Notes: generated by a model not told the origin, from the letters alone. A DNA stretch of 64,000 bases from a virus (IMGVR_UViG_2558860984_000001:49570-113569), one strand, 5' to 3'; shown: positions 9,278-19,094, counted from the first letter of the stretch. Program-made: numbers and translations.

Positions 9278-10360
9278 ATGGCTGTGATCGACACCTACGT
9301 GTGCGTGGACGACGTGCACCTTTACCCGGCCCTGGTGGACCCCACCGATCGGTGGAACGGCTGGGTCAACCCCGGCTTCACCATCGACGCTGCGCGCCAA
9401 CTCGCCGCGCACACCGAAGAGATGGCCGAGAAGTACGGCCGCGACTGCACCGACCAGATCCACGTCATCGAGGGCGGCCCCGTCCCCGTCGTGCTGCACA
9501 TCCGGTGGATGTACCTCGCCGACGAGCCCGCTACCGCCGCGAACGTCATCAAGCCCGATGAGGACGGCCTGTACTGGATCGGCGGCTACGAGTGGACCTG
9601 GTACATCGTCGAGGAGGGCCCGACGCTGTTCCACAGTAAGAACACCGCCTTCAACGCCTGGCGCGAGATGCTCGACGCCACCGCCCGCCGCATCGGCGAA
9701 GTCGTGCGCACCCAGATGCCCGACGCGCTCGCCGCGCTCGTCGACCTCCACGGCCCCGGACACATCCGGGCCATCGCCGCCTCCGCGAGCGGAACCGGCT
9801 GGCCGACCTACGACGAGCATGACGGCCAGGACGGCTGCGGACCGTTCGACAGCGAGACGCTGGGCGAAGCCGACGAACTGATGCGCAAGGCCCTCGGCTT
9901 CCGCCGCGACCCGATCATGCTGGAAATGGGCGGCTGGCGCCGCGCCCGCGACATCGCCCCGGGCATGCACCGCATCGTGTTCGCGCCGCAGGATGCCGAA
10001 CCGGCCGGCGACGGCCCGCTGGAGGAAGCCCGCGAGCGGTTCACCGAAGCCCGGCGGCAGCTCATGACCGACTGCGTGCCGAGTCTCGCCGCCACCTGCC
10101 GCGAGGCAGTTCCCGACGCAACCGGTGTCGTCGCCTCGCTCACCGACCCCGTTCGGCTGCTGTGGTTCGCGACTGCCGACGAGGGAGTTCGGACGTGGGC
10201 CATCAGCATCCCCGCCGACAAGACGCAGGCCGTCATCGACCGGCTGATGGACATCTTCGCGTACGGGCCGACCGCTGAAGACCTGGTCGCGTGCGGCTGG
10301 AAGCCGGTCAGCGGCGAAGAGGACATCGACGCGCACCTGCTGGTGCTCCCCTCCGCGTAA
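9278..10360 (+). CDS. hypothetical protein
   Basis: AAGGAG RBS, ATG 9278; N-terminal domain YPALVDP..WNGWVNPGF..YWIGGYEWTWY. Confidence 0.8.
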   Translation: MAVIDTYVCVDDVHLYPALVDPTDRWNGWVNPGFTIDAARQLAAHTEEMAEKYGRDCTDQIHVIEGGPVPVVLHIRWMYLADEPATAANVIKPDEDGLYWIGGYEWTWYIVEEGPTLFHSKNTAFNAWREMLDATARRIGEVVRTQMPDALAALVDLHGPGHIRAIAASASGTGWPTYDEHDGQDGCGPFDSETLGEADELMRKALGFRRDPIMLEMGGWRRARDIAPGMHRIVFAPQDAEPAGDGPLEEARERFTEARRQLMTDCVPSLAATCREAVPDATGVVASLTDPVRLLWFATADEGVRTWAISIPADKTQAVIDRLMDIFAYGPTAEDLVACGWKPVSGEEDIDAHLLVLPSA

Positions 10361-10426
10361 CCGCCTGTCTGCCCTCACCGGGGCGGCCTTCGTGCCGCCC
10401 CGGCCTTACCCCTGCCTTGCCACATC

Positions 10427-10476
10427 CCGGGCGGGCGCGGGCCGGGAATCCCCGCCCGCCCGGACGCCAGCAGCGA
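10427..10476 (+). repeat. intergenic hairpin repeat, copy 2
   Basis: CCGGGCGGGCGCGGGCCGGGAATCCCCGCCCGCCCGG..CAGCAGCGA. Confidence 0.75.
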
Positions 10477-10506
10477 TCACCCCTACCCAGGAAGGCCCAC
10501 ACAGGA

Positions 10507-12225
10507 ATGGCTTACCGGCACGACGGCTCCGACCTCACCGTTCAGGACTGGTTCTGCGGAGCTGGAGGCTCCAGTCAGGCGGCCGAGAAGGTGCCTGGTC
10601 TCCGGGTGTGCTTCGCGGCGAACCACTGGAAACAGGCGATCAAGTCCCACATGTTCAACTTCCCCGGCATCGCGCACTACACGGGGGACATCCGCCGCGC
10701 CCCGGTGTGGTCCTGGCCGGTCGCTGACCTGCACTGGGGATCTCCGGAGTGCACGAACTGGTCCATGGCGAAGGGCCAGAAGCGCAGCTTCGCGAAGGCC
10801 GTGCAGGGCGACCTGCTGGAGCTGTACGCGGACGAGGAAGCGGACAAGTTCCGCACGGCCGGCGACGGCGACCCGGACGGCCCGACGAAGGAAGAGAAGG
10901 AATCGCGGGCGCTGATGGAGGAGGTGCCGCTCTACCTCCGCGGGGTGCAAGAACGCGGCGGGCTCGTGAAGGCGGGCGTCGTCGAGAACGTGATCGACGT
11001 CCGTGACTGGGCGGAATGGGACCGGTGGCGCGCCGAGTTCCACAAGCTCGGCTACCACACCAGGCTGATCGCGCTGAACTCGATGCACGCCGACCCGCGC
11101 AGCGTGGACCGCGCCCCGCAGAGCCGAGACCGGCTGTACCTGGCGTACTGGCACCGCAGCCTCGGACGGACACCGAACTGGGACAAGTGGCTCAGGCCGC
11201 GGGCACGCTGCATGGCGTGCGACGAAGTCGTGGCCGCCGAGCAGGTGTTCCGGAAGCCGGGCCAGGACATGGGCCGCTACCGGCAGGCGTACGACTACCG
11301 GTGCCCGCGGAAACACTGCCGGGCCATCGTGGAACCGAAGACGCTGCCCGCGGCCGCGGCGATCGACTGGACCATCAAGGGCACGCCGATCGGCAGCCGC
11401 CCCAAGAGCAAGGACTGCCCCGAGGGCCTGGCCCCGGCGACGATGGCCCGCATCCGGGCCGGCGTCGCCAAGTTCTGGCCGCAGCCCGACGCCGTCGACG
11501 AATGCGACGGGCAGGGCGCGCTGTTCGACGACCACGGCGAAGCGGCGCCCGCCGGGGGAGCCCCGCCGCTCCTCGTGCCGACCGGCGGCACCTGGCGCAC
11601 CGGCGCGAGCAGCGTGGACGTCCCGATGCCCACGCGGACCACGACCGAAGGCGACGCGCTGACGGTCCCGCCGCTGCTGATCCCGTGCGAGGGAAGGGAC
11701 GGCAAGCGGGCCATGCCGCTGGATGAGCCGCTGCGCACCCAGACGACGCGATCGGAAACCGCCATCGCTTACGCCCCGTTCGTGGTGCCCATGCGCGGGG
11801 GCGGCGACAAGGAGAAGGCCCGGGACATCCGGCAGCCGCTCCACACCGTGACCGCCGGCGGCAACCACCACGGCCTCGTGACCCCGCCGCTGCTGGTGCC
11901 GTACTACGGCAACGGACAGGCCCGCACCACGAACGAGCCGATCGGCGCCCTGCCCACCCGCGACCGCTACGCGCTGCTGGAGAACGGCGAGTACGACGTC
12001 TCCAAGATCCTCTTCAGGATGCTGCAGCCGAGTGAGATCGGCCGGGCCATGGCGTTCGCGGCCAACTATCGCGTCCTCGGCACCAAGCGGCAGCAGGTCA
12101 AGCAGTACGGGAATGCGGTGACCCCTCCGGCGGCCGAGGTGCTGCTGTGCGCGCTCGTCGAGTGCATCACCGGCGAGGACATCGACCGGTACGCCGACCC
12201 GAACCGCATGGCACTGGTCGCCTGA
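10507..12225 (+). CDS. DNA (cytosine-5) methyltransferase
   Basis: DWFCGAGG (I), SPEC (IV), ENV (VI), QSRDR (VIII), GNAV (X); Zn-ribbon insertion and repeated PxxTxT segments. Confidence 0.92.
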   Translation: MAYRHDGSDLTVQDWFCGAGGSSQAAEKVPGLRVCFAANHWKQAIKSHMFNFPGIAHYTGDIRRAPVWSWPVADLHWGSPECTNWSMAKGQKRSFAKAVQGDLLELYADEEADKFRTAGDGDPDGPTKEEKESRALMEEVPLYLRGVQERGGLVKAGVVENVIDVRDWAEWDRWRAEFHKLGYHTRLIALNSMHADPRSVDRAPQSRDRLYLAYWHRSLGRTPNWDKWLRPRARCMACDEVVAAEQVFRKPGQDMGRYRQAYDYRCPRKHCRAIVEPKTLPAAAAIDWTIKGTPIGSRPKSKDCPEGLAPATMARIRAGVAKFWPQPDAVDECDGQGALFDDHGEAAPAGGAPPLLVPTGGTWRTGASSVDVPMPTRTTTEGDALTVPPLLIPCEGRDGKRAMPLDEPLRTQTTRSETAIAYAPFVVPMRGGGDKEKARDIRQPLHTVTAGGNHHGLVTPPLLVPYYGNGQARTTNEPIGALPTRDRYALLENGEYDVSKILFRMLQPSEIGRAMAFAANYRVLGTKRQQVKQYGNAVTPPAAEVLLCALVECITGEDIDRYADPNRMALVA

Positions 12226-12238
12226 CCTGCGCATGTGT

Positions 12239-12291
12239 GCGGCCGACGGGCGAAAGCCTGGGAATCCCGTCGGCCGCGCGCCCAGCAGCGA
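12239..12291 (+). repeat. intergenic hairpin repeat, copy 3 (different stem, same loop and tail)
   Basis: GCGGCCGACGGG..CCTGGGAAT-CCCGTCGGCCGC..CAGCAGCGA. Confidence 0.6.
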
Positions 12292-12529
12292 TGGGCCTCA
12301 CGACCCGACCAGGCGTCGCCCACCGTACCCGCCCCGGCGCAGCTCCGGCCGCCGCACCAGCCCCTCGGCGCCCCCGCCCGCCTGACCTGCCCCGGACAGA
12401 GGGACACACGCCTCCCTCAGCCCTCCACCCCCTGACGGTCCACCTCCCCCCAAGCGGTAGCCCCGCGGCCGTCACAGCCCCGGCCACCGCCTCCCTGCCC
12501 CAGATCCGGGCCAATCCGAAAGCCCCGAG

Positions 12530-13477
12530 ATGACCACCGGACAACTCGCCTTCGAACTCCCCGGCCTCGATGACGCCGGCCCCGACCTCGCCTCGTACCG
12601 GTGGCTGCTGGCGAACATCAGCGGCGGCAAGGACTCGATGGCGATGCTCCACGAACTCGTCCGCCAGGCCGACGCCGCCGGCGTCCCCCGCGACCGCATC
12701 GTCTGCGTGCACGCCGACCTCGTCCGCGCCGAGTGGGAAGGCGTCCGCGAACTCGCCGCCGCGCCCGCCGCCGCGTACGGCCTGCGGTTCGAGGTCGTGG
12801 CACGCATCGGCCTCGACCTGATCGACCGCATCGCCGAGCGCGGCATGTTCCCCGACGCATCGAACCGCTGGTGCACGAGCGACTTCAAGCGAGGCCCCGT
12901 CCGGCGCCTGATGACCGCCCTCGTCCGCGAAGCCGAAGCCGCCGGACACCTCTGCCGAGTCCGCATCCTCAACGTGATGGGCCTGCGCGCCGACGAGTCA
13001 CCGGCCCGCCGCCGACTGCGCGCCTTCTCCCACGACGGCGCCCTCACCTGCCCCTGCCCAGACTGCCTTTCCCGCCGTGCCGCGCTGGAGAGCGCCGAAC
13101 GACGCGGCGTACCCTGCCCGAAGCACAAGAAGCCCGGCCACGGCGCGTCGAACACACTGCGGCACGTCGACACCTGGCACCCCGTGCACTCCTGGTCGAC
13201 CAGAGACGTGTGGGCGGCCGTCGAGCGGTCCGGCCTCCGCCCGCACCCCGCCTACGCCAACGGCATGCCCCGCCTGTCGTGTTCGTTCTGCGTTCTAGCG
13301 TCGCGGCCGGCGCTCGTGCGCGCCGCGCAGCTCCGGCCCGAACTGGCCGCCGAGTACGCCACCATCGAGAAGCGAATCGGCCACCGCTTCAGGAACGACG
13401 TGTCGATGGCAGAGATCATCGACGAGGCTGCTGAGGCATCGTCCGAGGTCACAGCAATTCCCTGCTGGACAGGGTGA
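12530..13477 (+). CDS. phosphoadenosine phosphosulfate (PAPS) reductase family protein
   Basis: SGGKDS PP-loop, RWCTSDFK, GLRADES..R, HPAY..G..RLSCSFC. Confidence 0.9.
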   Translation: MTTGQLAFELPGLDDAGPDLASYRWLLANISGGKDSMAMLHELVRQADAAGVPRDRIVCVHADLVRAEWEGVRELAAAPAAAYGLRFEVVARIGLDLIDRIAERGMFPDASNRWCTSDFKRGPVRRLMTALVREAEAAGHLCRVRILNVMGLRADESPARRRLRAFSHDGALTCPCPDCLSRRAALESAERRGVPCPKHKKPGHGASNTLRHVDTWHPVHSWSTRDVWAAVERSGLRPHPAYANGMPRLSCSFCVLASRPALVRAAQLRPELAAEYATIEKRIGHRFRNDVSMAEIIDEAAEASSEVTAIPCWTG

Positions 13478-13641
13478 TCACCAATCGTGTGTATCATCCA
13501 AGATGCGATCGGCCGTCCTGTGCAGCGGCGCGGCCGACGCAGGCGCCGGTGGTCGCAACGCAGCACGATCGCCTTCCGGGCGATAGGTCCAGGTGCAAAC
13601 CCTGGCCGGCGCTCTCCCCACACCCTTCCAGGGGGCGCGCC

Positions 13642-15765
13642 ATGTTCCACGGATCAATCCCCGCCCCCCTCCGCTCGATCATCTACGAGCACGCCGGCGC
13701 CTGGCCCGAGACCGACATCTACATCGGCTGCAGCGGGAACTTCACCATCGAGCGCGTCCTGCACTCCCGATTCGGCAACACGCGACCGGTGCACGGCAAC
13801 GACATCACCGCCTACTCGTGCGCGCTCGGCTGGTTCCTCGCTGGGGAGGACCTGCCGTACGAGCTGCGCGAGGAGTACGAAGACGAGCTGGGGTGGGTAG
13901 CCCCCTACCTGGAGGACCGCACCGACCGGCTCGCCACCCTGATGCTCGGCACCCGCTTCCTCCAGTACGTCGGCAAGGAAGGCACCTACTACCGGCGGAT
14001 GCTCGACGCCACCCGCGATCAATGGCCGCGGATGCACGAGAAGACCGCGGCGAAGCTCCACGCACTGGAGACCCGCCTCGGCAGCTTCTACGCCGGCGAC
14101 GTCCGCACGTACCTCAGCGAAGAGGTCCCCGAGCGTGCCCCGGTCGTCATGTTCCCGCCGTTCTACTGCCTGTCGCCCGAGCACCGGCTACTCACCGCGG
14201 ATCTGCGATGGGTGCCCTGCGGCGACCTGCGGGCCGGTGACCGCCTCCTCGCCTTCGATGAAGAGACGCCCAAGGGCTCCACGCACCGGCGACTTCGCTG
14301 GTCACAGATCGTCCGTTCGGAGCCCGCCATGAAGGAGTGCGTGCGGGTCATCCTGGAGGACGGAACCGACATCGTGTGCACTGCGGACCACCCGTGGCTC
14401 GCCGACCGGCACAACCGGCCGAGCAGAACACCGAGGCGGTGGGTTCGCGCGGACCGCCTGTTCGACGAAGCGCCGTACGTGATCCGGCTGACGGACACCT
14501 GGGAGCCAGCCCGGACGTACGAGGCCGGATGGCTGGCCGGGATCTTCGACGGCGAAGGATCGGTGTACCTGGGCAAGTCGGCATCCAAGGCCGGGATCTC
14601 ACAGCGCCCCGGCCCGGTCGCCGACCAGTTCGCCGTCTGGCTCAAGAAGATGGGCTTCGACACCAGCGTGTCCCCGCGCCCCAGCGGTGTGCAGTCCATC
14701 GACGTTGCGGGCGGCTGGCCGGCGATGCTGCGGTCGCTCGGCACCCTGCGACCCGAGCGGCTGATCGCCCGCCTGCAACAGCTGGAGATCGAGCGGCTGA
14801 GCATCCGATCGCGCGGCAACCCGCGCTTGAAGGTCGTCGCGGTCGAGCGTATCGGCGACCGCCCGATCCAGTCGATCACGACGACGACCGGCACATACAT
14901 CGGCGAGGGCTTCGCCATGCACAACAGCGGCGACTACACCAGCCAGTTCGCGCCCATCGACGCCGCGTTCTCCTGGCCCGAGCCGCAGTTCGGCGAGCTG
15001 ACCGAGGACGGCAAGGAAGAGATCATCCACCAGGTGCAGGACCGGCCGCACTGGGTGCTCGGCCTGCACATCGAACGCCCGGAGCTGCGCCACCGGCTCG
15101 CCGGCGTCGTGCAGACCGCGAACCGCGGCCTGCCGATCTACGTGTACGCCGCAGCCGGGCCCCGCCGCATCGTCCGCCCCCGGCAACCCGTCGAGCCGAT
15201 CCCCATGCAGAAGATCGGCGTGGGCGATGACCTCGGCGACAAGATGACCCTCCACGTCCTGACAGGCGGCCAGTTCGCCGGCGTCCGCTCCCAGTTCATG
15301 TCCAAGAGCATCAAGCCCGGCAGCCCCCTGCTCGCCTGCGGCGTCGCCGTCGACGGGAAGCTGATCGGCGCGTTCGCGTACCTCCCGCCGAAGTTCGACC
15401 CGGCGACCGCCTACCTCATGTCCGACTTCCCGGTGTCGTGGACGAAGTACCGGCGCCTGGCCAAGCTCATCGTCATGGCCGCCTCGACCACCGAGGCGCA
15501 GCTGCTCCTCCAGCGCTCCCTCTCGAAGCGGCTCACCGGCTGGGCCACCACCGCGTTCACCGACCGGCCCAACAGCGCGAAGTACGGCCGCGGCATCCCC
15601 GGCGTGAAGCTCCAGAAGCGCACCGAGGCGAGCAGCAAGGACCCGGGCGACGGCATCCACCGCTACCAGCTCCAGTACGGCGGCCCCCTCGGCGGCTACA
15701 CCCTCGCGGGCGCCCTGGACTTGTGGAAGCGGAAGCACGGCAGCGACATGAAGAAGGACAGCTGA
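13642..15765 (+). CDS. putative anti-restriction adenine-methyltransferase-like protein with C-terminal GNAT/Mom-like domain, intein-containing
   Basis: YIGCSGNFTIE and GND SAM-binding-like motifs, FPPFY in motif IV position; C-terminal VDGKLIGAFAY..YLMSDF..RLAKL..TTAFT. Confidence 0.65.
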   Translation: MFHGSIPAPLRSIIYEHAGAWPETDIYIGCSGNFTIERVLHSRFGNTRPVHGNDITAYSCALGWFLAGEDLPYELREEYEDELGWVAPYLEDRTDRLATLMLGTRFLQYVGKEGTYYRRMLDATRDQWPRMHEKTAAKLHALETRLGSFYAGDVRTYLSEEVPERAPVVMFPPFYCLSPEHRLLTADLRWVPCGDLRAGDRLLAFDEETPKGSTHRRLRWSQIVRSEPAMKECVRVILEDGTDIVCTADHPWLADRHNRPSRTPRRWVRADRLFDEAPYVIRLTDTWEPARTYEAGWLAGIFDGEGSVYLGKSASKAGISQRPGPVADQFAVWLKKMGFDTSVSPRPSGVQSIDVAGGWPAMLRSLGTLRPERLIARLQQLEIERLSIRSRGNPRLKVVAVERIGDRPIQSITTTTGTYIGEGFAMHNSGDYTSQFAPIDAAFSWPEPQFGELTEDGKEEIIHQVQDRPHWVLGLHIERPELRHRLAGVVQTANRGLPIYVYAAAGPRRIVRPRQPVEPIPMQKIGVGDDLGDKMTLHVLTGGQFAGVRSQFMSKSIKPGSPLLACGVAVDGKLIGAFAYLPPKFDPATAYLMSDFPVSWTKYRRLAKLIVMAASTTEAQLLLQRSLSKRLTGWATTAFTDRPNSAKYGRGIPGVKLQKRTEASSKDPGDGIHRYQLQYGGPLGGYTLAGALDLWKRKHGSDMKKDS
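14167..14925 (+). mobile_element. intein (253 aa) with LAGLIDADG homing endonuclease
   Basis: Y/CLSPEHRLLT block A, TADHPW block B, WLAGIFDGEGS LAGLIDADG motif, terminal MHN/S. Confidence 0.93.
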
Positions 15766-16721
15766 TGACCGACAGCGCCCCGCCTCCGCCCGCACAGACG
15801 ATCCGGCCCCGCCTCGTCCGCCGAGACCCCCGCACCCTGACCCCCCTCGACATGAACGCCCGCTACATGCGCAAGGAGGAGTGGGACAGGCTCGTCGACA
15901 ACGTGAAGGCGGACGGCTGCCTCACCTCCGTACCGCTCATCTACGGCGCCGGGGAGTACGAAGAAGGCCGCGAACTGATCCTCTCGGGGAACCACCGCAC
16001 CGCCGCGGCCGTGGAAGTCGGCTTGGACGAGATCGACTGCATGCTGATTGACGACCCGCAGCAGAAAGACGAACTCCTCGCCCGGCAGCTCTCGCACAAC
16101 TCGATCGCCGGCCAGGACGACCCCGCCACCCTGAAGGCCCTGTACGACCAGATCGAGGACGTCGACTGGCGCGCCTACTCCGGCCTCGACGACGACCAGC
16201 TCAACCTGCTCGCCGAAGTCTCGCCCGAGGGCCTGTCGGAGGCGAACTTGGACTTCGCCACCGTGAGCCTGATCTTCCTGCCCAATGAGCTGGAGGCCGC
16301 GCGCACCGCGTTCGCCGACGCCAAGATGGGCCAGAACGAGAGCTGGCTCGCCGCCCGCGCCGACTACGACCAGACCTTGGACACGCTCGCGTCCACGCAC
16401 GCCGCGCACAAGGTCGGCAACGTCGCCACCGCGCTCCACGCCATCCTCGCCATCGTCGAGAACCACCTGACCGACCTCCAGGCCGGCTACCAGTCCCCGG
16501 ACGGCGAGCCCCTGCACACCGGGCACGTCGGGCTGGAGACCGTCCTCGGCACCCGCACCCTGCCCGCCCCCGCGGCCGTCACCCTCAACAGGGCCATAGC
16601 CGCGGCCGAAGGGCGGGGCGAGATCGACTCCGGGCAGGGCTGGCGCCTTCTGGAACGCCTCGCAGGCGAATACCTCTCTGGCCCCAACCACACCCCCGCA
16701 GCGCCCACGCCCACGTCATGA
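15765..16721 (+). CDS. ParB/Srx N-terminal domain protein
   Basis: NARYM..LVDNVKADG..ILSGNHR..QLSHN; TGATG coupling; immediately before terminase. Confidence 0.8.
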   Translation: MTDSAPPPPAQTIRPRLVRRDPRTLTPLDMNARYMRKEEWDRLVDNVKADGCLTSVPLIYGAGEYEEGRELILSGNHRTAAAVEVGLDEIDCMLIDDPQQKDELLARQLSHNSIAGQDDPATLKALYDQIEDVDWRAYSGLDDDQLNLLAEVSPEGLSEANLDFATVSLIFLPNELEAARTAFADAKMGQNESWLAARADYDQTLDTLASTHAAHKVGNVATALHAILAIVENHLTDLQAGYQSPDGEPLHTGHVGLETVLGTRTLPAPAAVTLNRAIAAAEGRGEIDSGQGWRLLERLAGEYLSGPNHTPAAPTPTS

Positions 16722-17350
16722 GCGCCCCCACGCCCATCACGCTCGACTCCGCGCTACCCCCGTGGGACCAGCAGCCGAGCGAGACCGCGAAGAAGCACGG
16801 CCAATTCGTCACCTACCGGGACCTAGGGCGCGCCCGCACGCTACCCAGGGCTGCGGAACTGCTACAGCGGCATCCGGTGACGATCCGGAAGATCAGCGCC
16901 GAGTTCCGCTGGCTGGAGCGCGCCGAAGCGTACGACCGGCACCTGGACAAGCTGTACGAGGTGATGTGGCTGGAGGAGCGCCGCAAGGCCGCCGAAGCCG
17001 ACGCGAAGATCCTCGGCGCCGCCATTGGCAAGGTCGCGCAACGGCTGCCGTCGCTGAACGCTCAGGAGATGAGCGCGGGCGACGTGATCCGGCTGATGGA
17101 CGTCGCCATGCGGCACCGCCGCGCGCTGTTCGGCGACCCCACGGAGACGATCGTCGTCACCAGCGAATCCCGGTCGCCGCTCGCCGGGAAGTTGGAGGAG
17201 TTCGCCGGGCTGCCCGCCGACCAGCGCAATGCCCGCCTGGCGGAGCTGGCCGCGACCGTCACCCGCCGCGTACGGGCCATCGAAGGCGGCGATGACGACG
17301 AGGAGGACTATCCGGCCGGGCACGACGCGCAGGACGCCGACGAGGAGTGA
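16718..17350 (+). CDS. terminase small subunit (putative)
   Basis: WDQQPSET..F..YRDLG..HTH..W.ERAEAYD; coupled to large terminase. Confidence 0.7.
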   Translation: MSAPTPITLDSALPPWDQQPSETAKKHGQFVTYRDLGRARTLPRAAELLQRHPVTIRKISAEFRWLERAEAYDRHLDKLYEVMWLEERRKAAEADAKILGAAIGKVAQRLPSLNAQEMSAGDVIRLMDVAMRHRRALFGDPTETIVVTSESRSPLAGKLEEFAGLPADQRNARLAELAATVTRRVRAIEGGDDDEEDYPAGHDAQDADEE

Positions 17351-18921
17351 GCACCCGCGCCGTTGCCGACGAGCTGGCCTACCTCGACGACGTCGCGGTG
17401 TACCAGCAGCTCACCGCCGCCGAGCAGGCCGTGAGCCGGGACCTGCTGCGCGACCCGGTCACGCTCGCCCGCGGCTTGGACCCGACCTTCCGGATGCGCC
17501 CGCACCTGCGGGTCATCGGCAACGCGCTGGCGGATGTGGAGCGCGGCGACTACGACAGGCTGCTGATCCTGACCCCGCCCCAGGTCGGGAAGTCGACGAC
17601 GGTCGCGGAGTGGTTCCCGTTCTGGTGGCTGGCGCTGCACGACCGCGACCGGGTCGCGGTCACCTCCTACTCCGACGACCTGGCGCTGAAGCGCGGCAAG
17701 ACGATCCGGTCGTACGTGGAGCAGCACGGTGCCGAGTACGAGCTGCTGATGAAAGCCGGGTCCGGCGCCATGCAGGACTGGGAGATCACTCAGGGCGGCG
17801 GCGTGCGCTCCGTGTCCGTCGGCAAGGGTCTGACCGGCCACTCGGTGAACCTGCTGATCGTCGATGACCCGCACAAGGACCGCGCGGACGCCGAGTCCGA
17901 GGCCAGCCGGCGGGCCCTGCACGACTGGTACAGCTCGACCGCGCTGAAGCGGCTCCAGCCGGACCGCAACGCCGTGGTGAGCATCATGACCCGCTGGCAC
18001 CCGGACGACTTCGCCGGGCGTCGCATCGCCGACGAAGGCCGCTTGGAGGACGGCGGCCGGTGGCGCGTCATCCACCTGCCGGCGATCGCCGACCCGAAGT
18101 TCGGGCCGGACCCCCTCGGCCGCGAGCCGGGCGAACCGCTGCCGCACCCGAAGATCGCCACCCGGGACCGGCGGGCGCTCCGGGCGTGGTGGGCGGACAT
18201 GAAGCGCACGTCGATCGTGCGGGACTGGCACGCGCTCGCCCAGGGCGACCCGCAGCCTGCAGAGGGCGCGTTGGTGTCGGAGGAACTGCTGCGACTCCTC
18301 CGGGACACGTCAACCCGGGTCGAGCCACAGAAGGTCGCTGTCGCCATCGACCCATCAGGTGGGGGCAGGGACGTGGCTGGCGTCGTCGGCGGATTCCTCG
18401 GCGACGACGGCCGCGTATGGGTCACCCACGACCGGTCCGGCGTCATGTCATCGGCCGACTGGTCGACCGCTGCGTGCCGGCTCGCGCACGAAACCGAAGC
18501 GGCGATCATCTACGTCGAGACGAACTACGGCGGCGACATGTGCTCCCTGGCCATCCGCACCTCGTGGGAAGCGCTCCAGGCGGCCGACGAGATCCCGGCG
18601 AAGGTGCTGCCGCCGATGGTGCAGACCGTCCGCGCGAAGCAGGGCAAACTGTTGCGCGCCGAGCCTGTGGCGCAGCAGATGGTGCAGGACAAGGTGCGGC
18701 TGCGCGGCGTGTTCACCGATCTCGAAAGAGAGTGGTCCACCTGGATGTCCACCGACCCGGACTCGCCGGGCCGGATCGACGCATCGACGATCCTCGTGTA
18801 CGGCCTGATCCCCGAGGCGAACCAAGGGGCGATCGTGCACGCACCGCTGCCGCGGGCGCCGACGCCGGGTCGTGGTCAGACGTCGTCGGCGGCGTCGGCG
18901 TACGGCCGCCGTATCGGCTGA
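17347..18921 (+). CDS. terminase large subunit
   Basis: PPQVGKS Walker A, LLIVDDP Walker B, MTRWH, AIDPS and ETNYGG nuclease motifs, SPGRID. Confidence 0.95.
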   Translation: MSTRAVADELAYLDDVAVYQQLTAAEQAVSRDLLRDPVTLARGLDPTFRMRPHLRVIGNALADVERGDYDRLLILTPPQVGKSTTVAEWFPFWWLALHDRDRVAVTSYSDDLALKRGKTIRSYVEQHGAEYELLMKAGSGAMQDWEITQGGGVRSVSVGKGLTGHSVNLLIVDDPHKDRADAESEASRRALHDWYSSTALKRLQPDRNAVVSIMTRWHPDDFAGRRIADEGRLEDGGRWRVIHLPAIADPKFGPDPLGREPGEPLPHPKIATRDRRALRAWWADMKRTSIVRDWHALAQGDPQPAEGALVSEELLRLLRDTSTRVEPQKVAVAIDPSGGGRDVAGVVGGFLGDDGRVWVTHDRSGVMSSADWSTAACRLAHETEAAIIYVETNYGGDMCSLAIRTSWEALQAADEIPAKVLPPMVQTVRAKQGKLLRAEPVAQQMVQDKVRLRGVFTDLEREWSTWMSTDPDSPGRIDASTILVYGLIPEANQGAIVHAPLPRAPTPGRGQTSSAASAYGRRIG

Positions 18922-19094
18922 CTCCCCAGTCCGGCAGCCGCAGACTGCAATCCAGGAGTGCCGCAGTCGCCTCTCCCTCCACGGCGGACCGGGGCAGGCC
19001 GTGCGGTGTCGGCAGCGTGGCCGCACCTGAGTCTCGTACGGGCGGCAGTGCCCCGAACTTTCCAAAAATCCCTGGTCAAACCGGGTTTTTTCAC

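Noticed and set aside
13474-13641. Upstream ORF-track extensions (also 16, 783, 5913, 8192, 10291, 15438, 19933, 35760, 52966)
   Set aside because: Downstream starts with an RBS or stop/start coupling fit better
18760-18780. DSPG in large terminase as another acceptor tag
   Set aside because: Part of the conserved nuclease SPxRxD motif, not a disordered insertion
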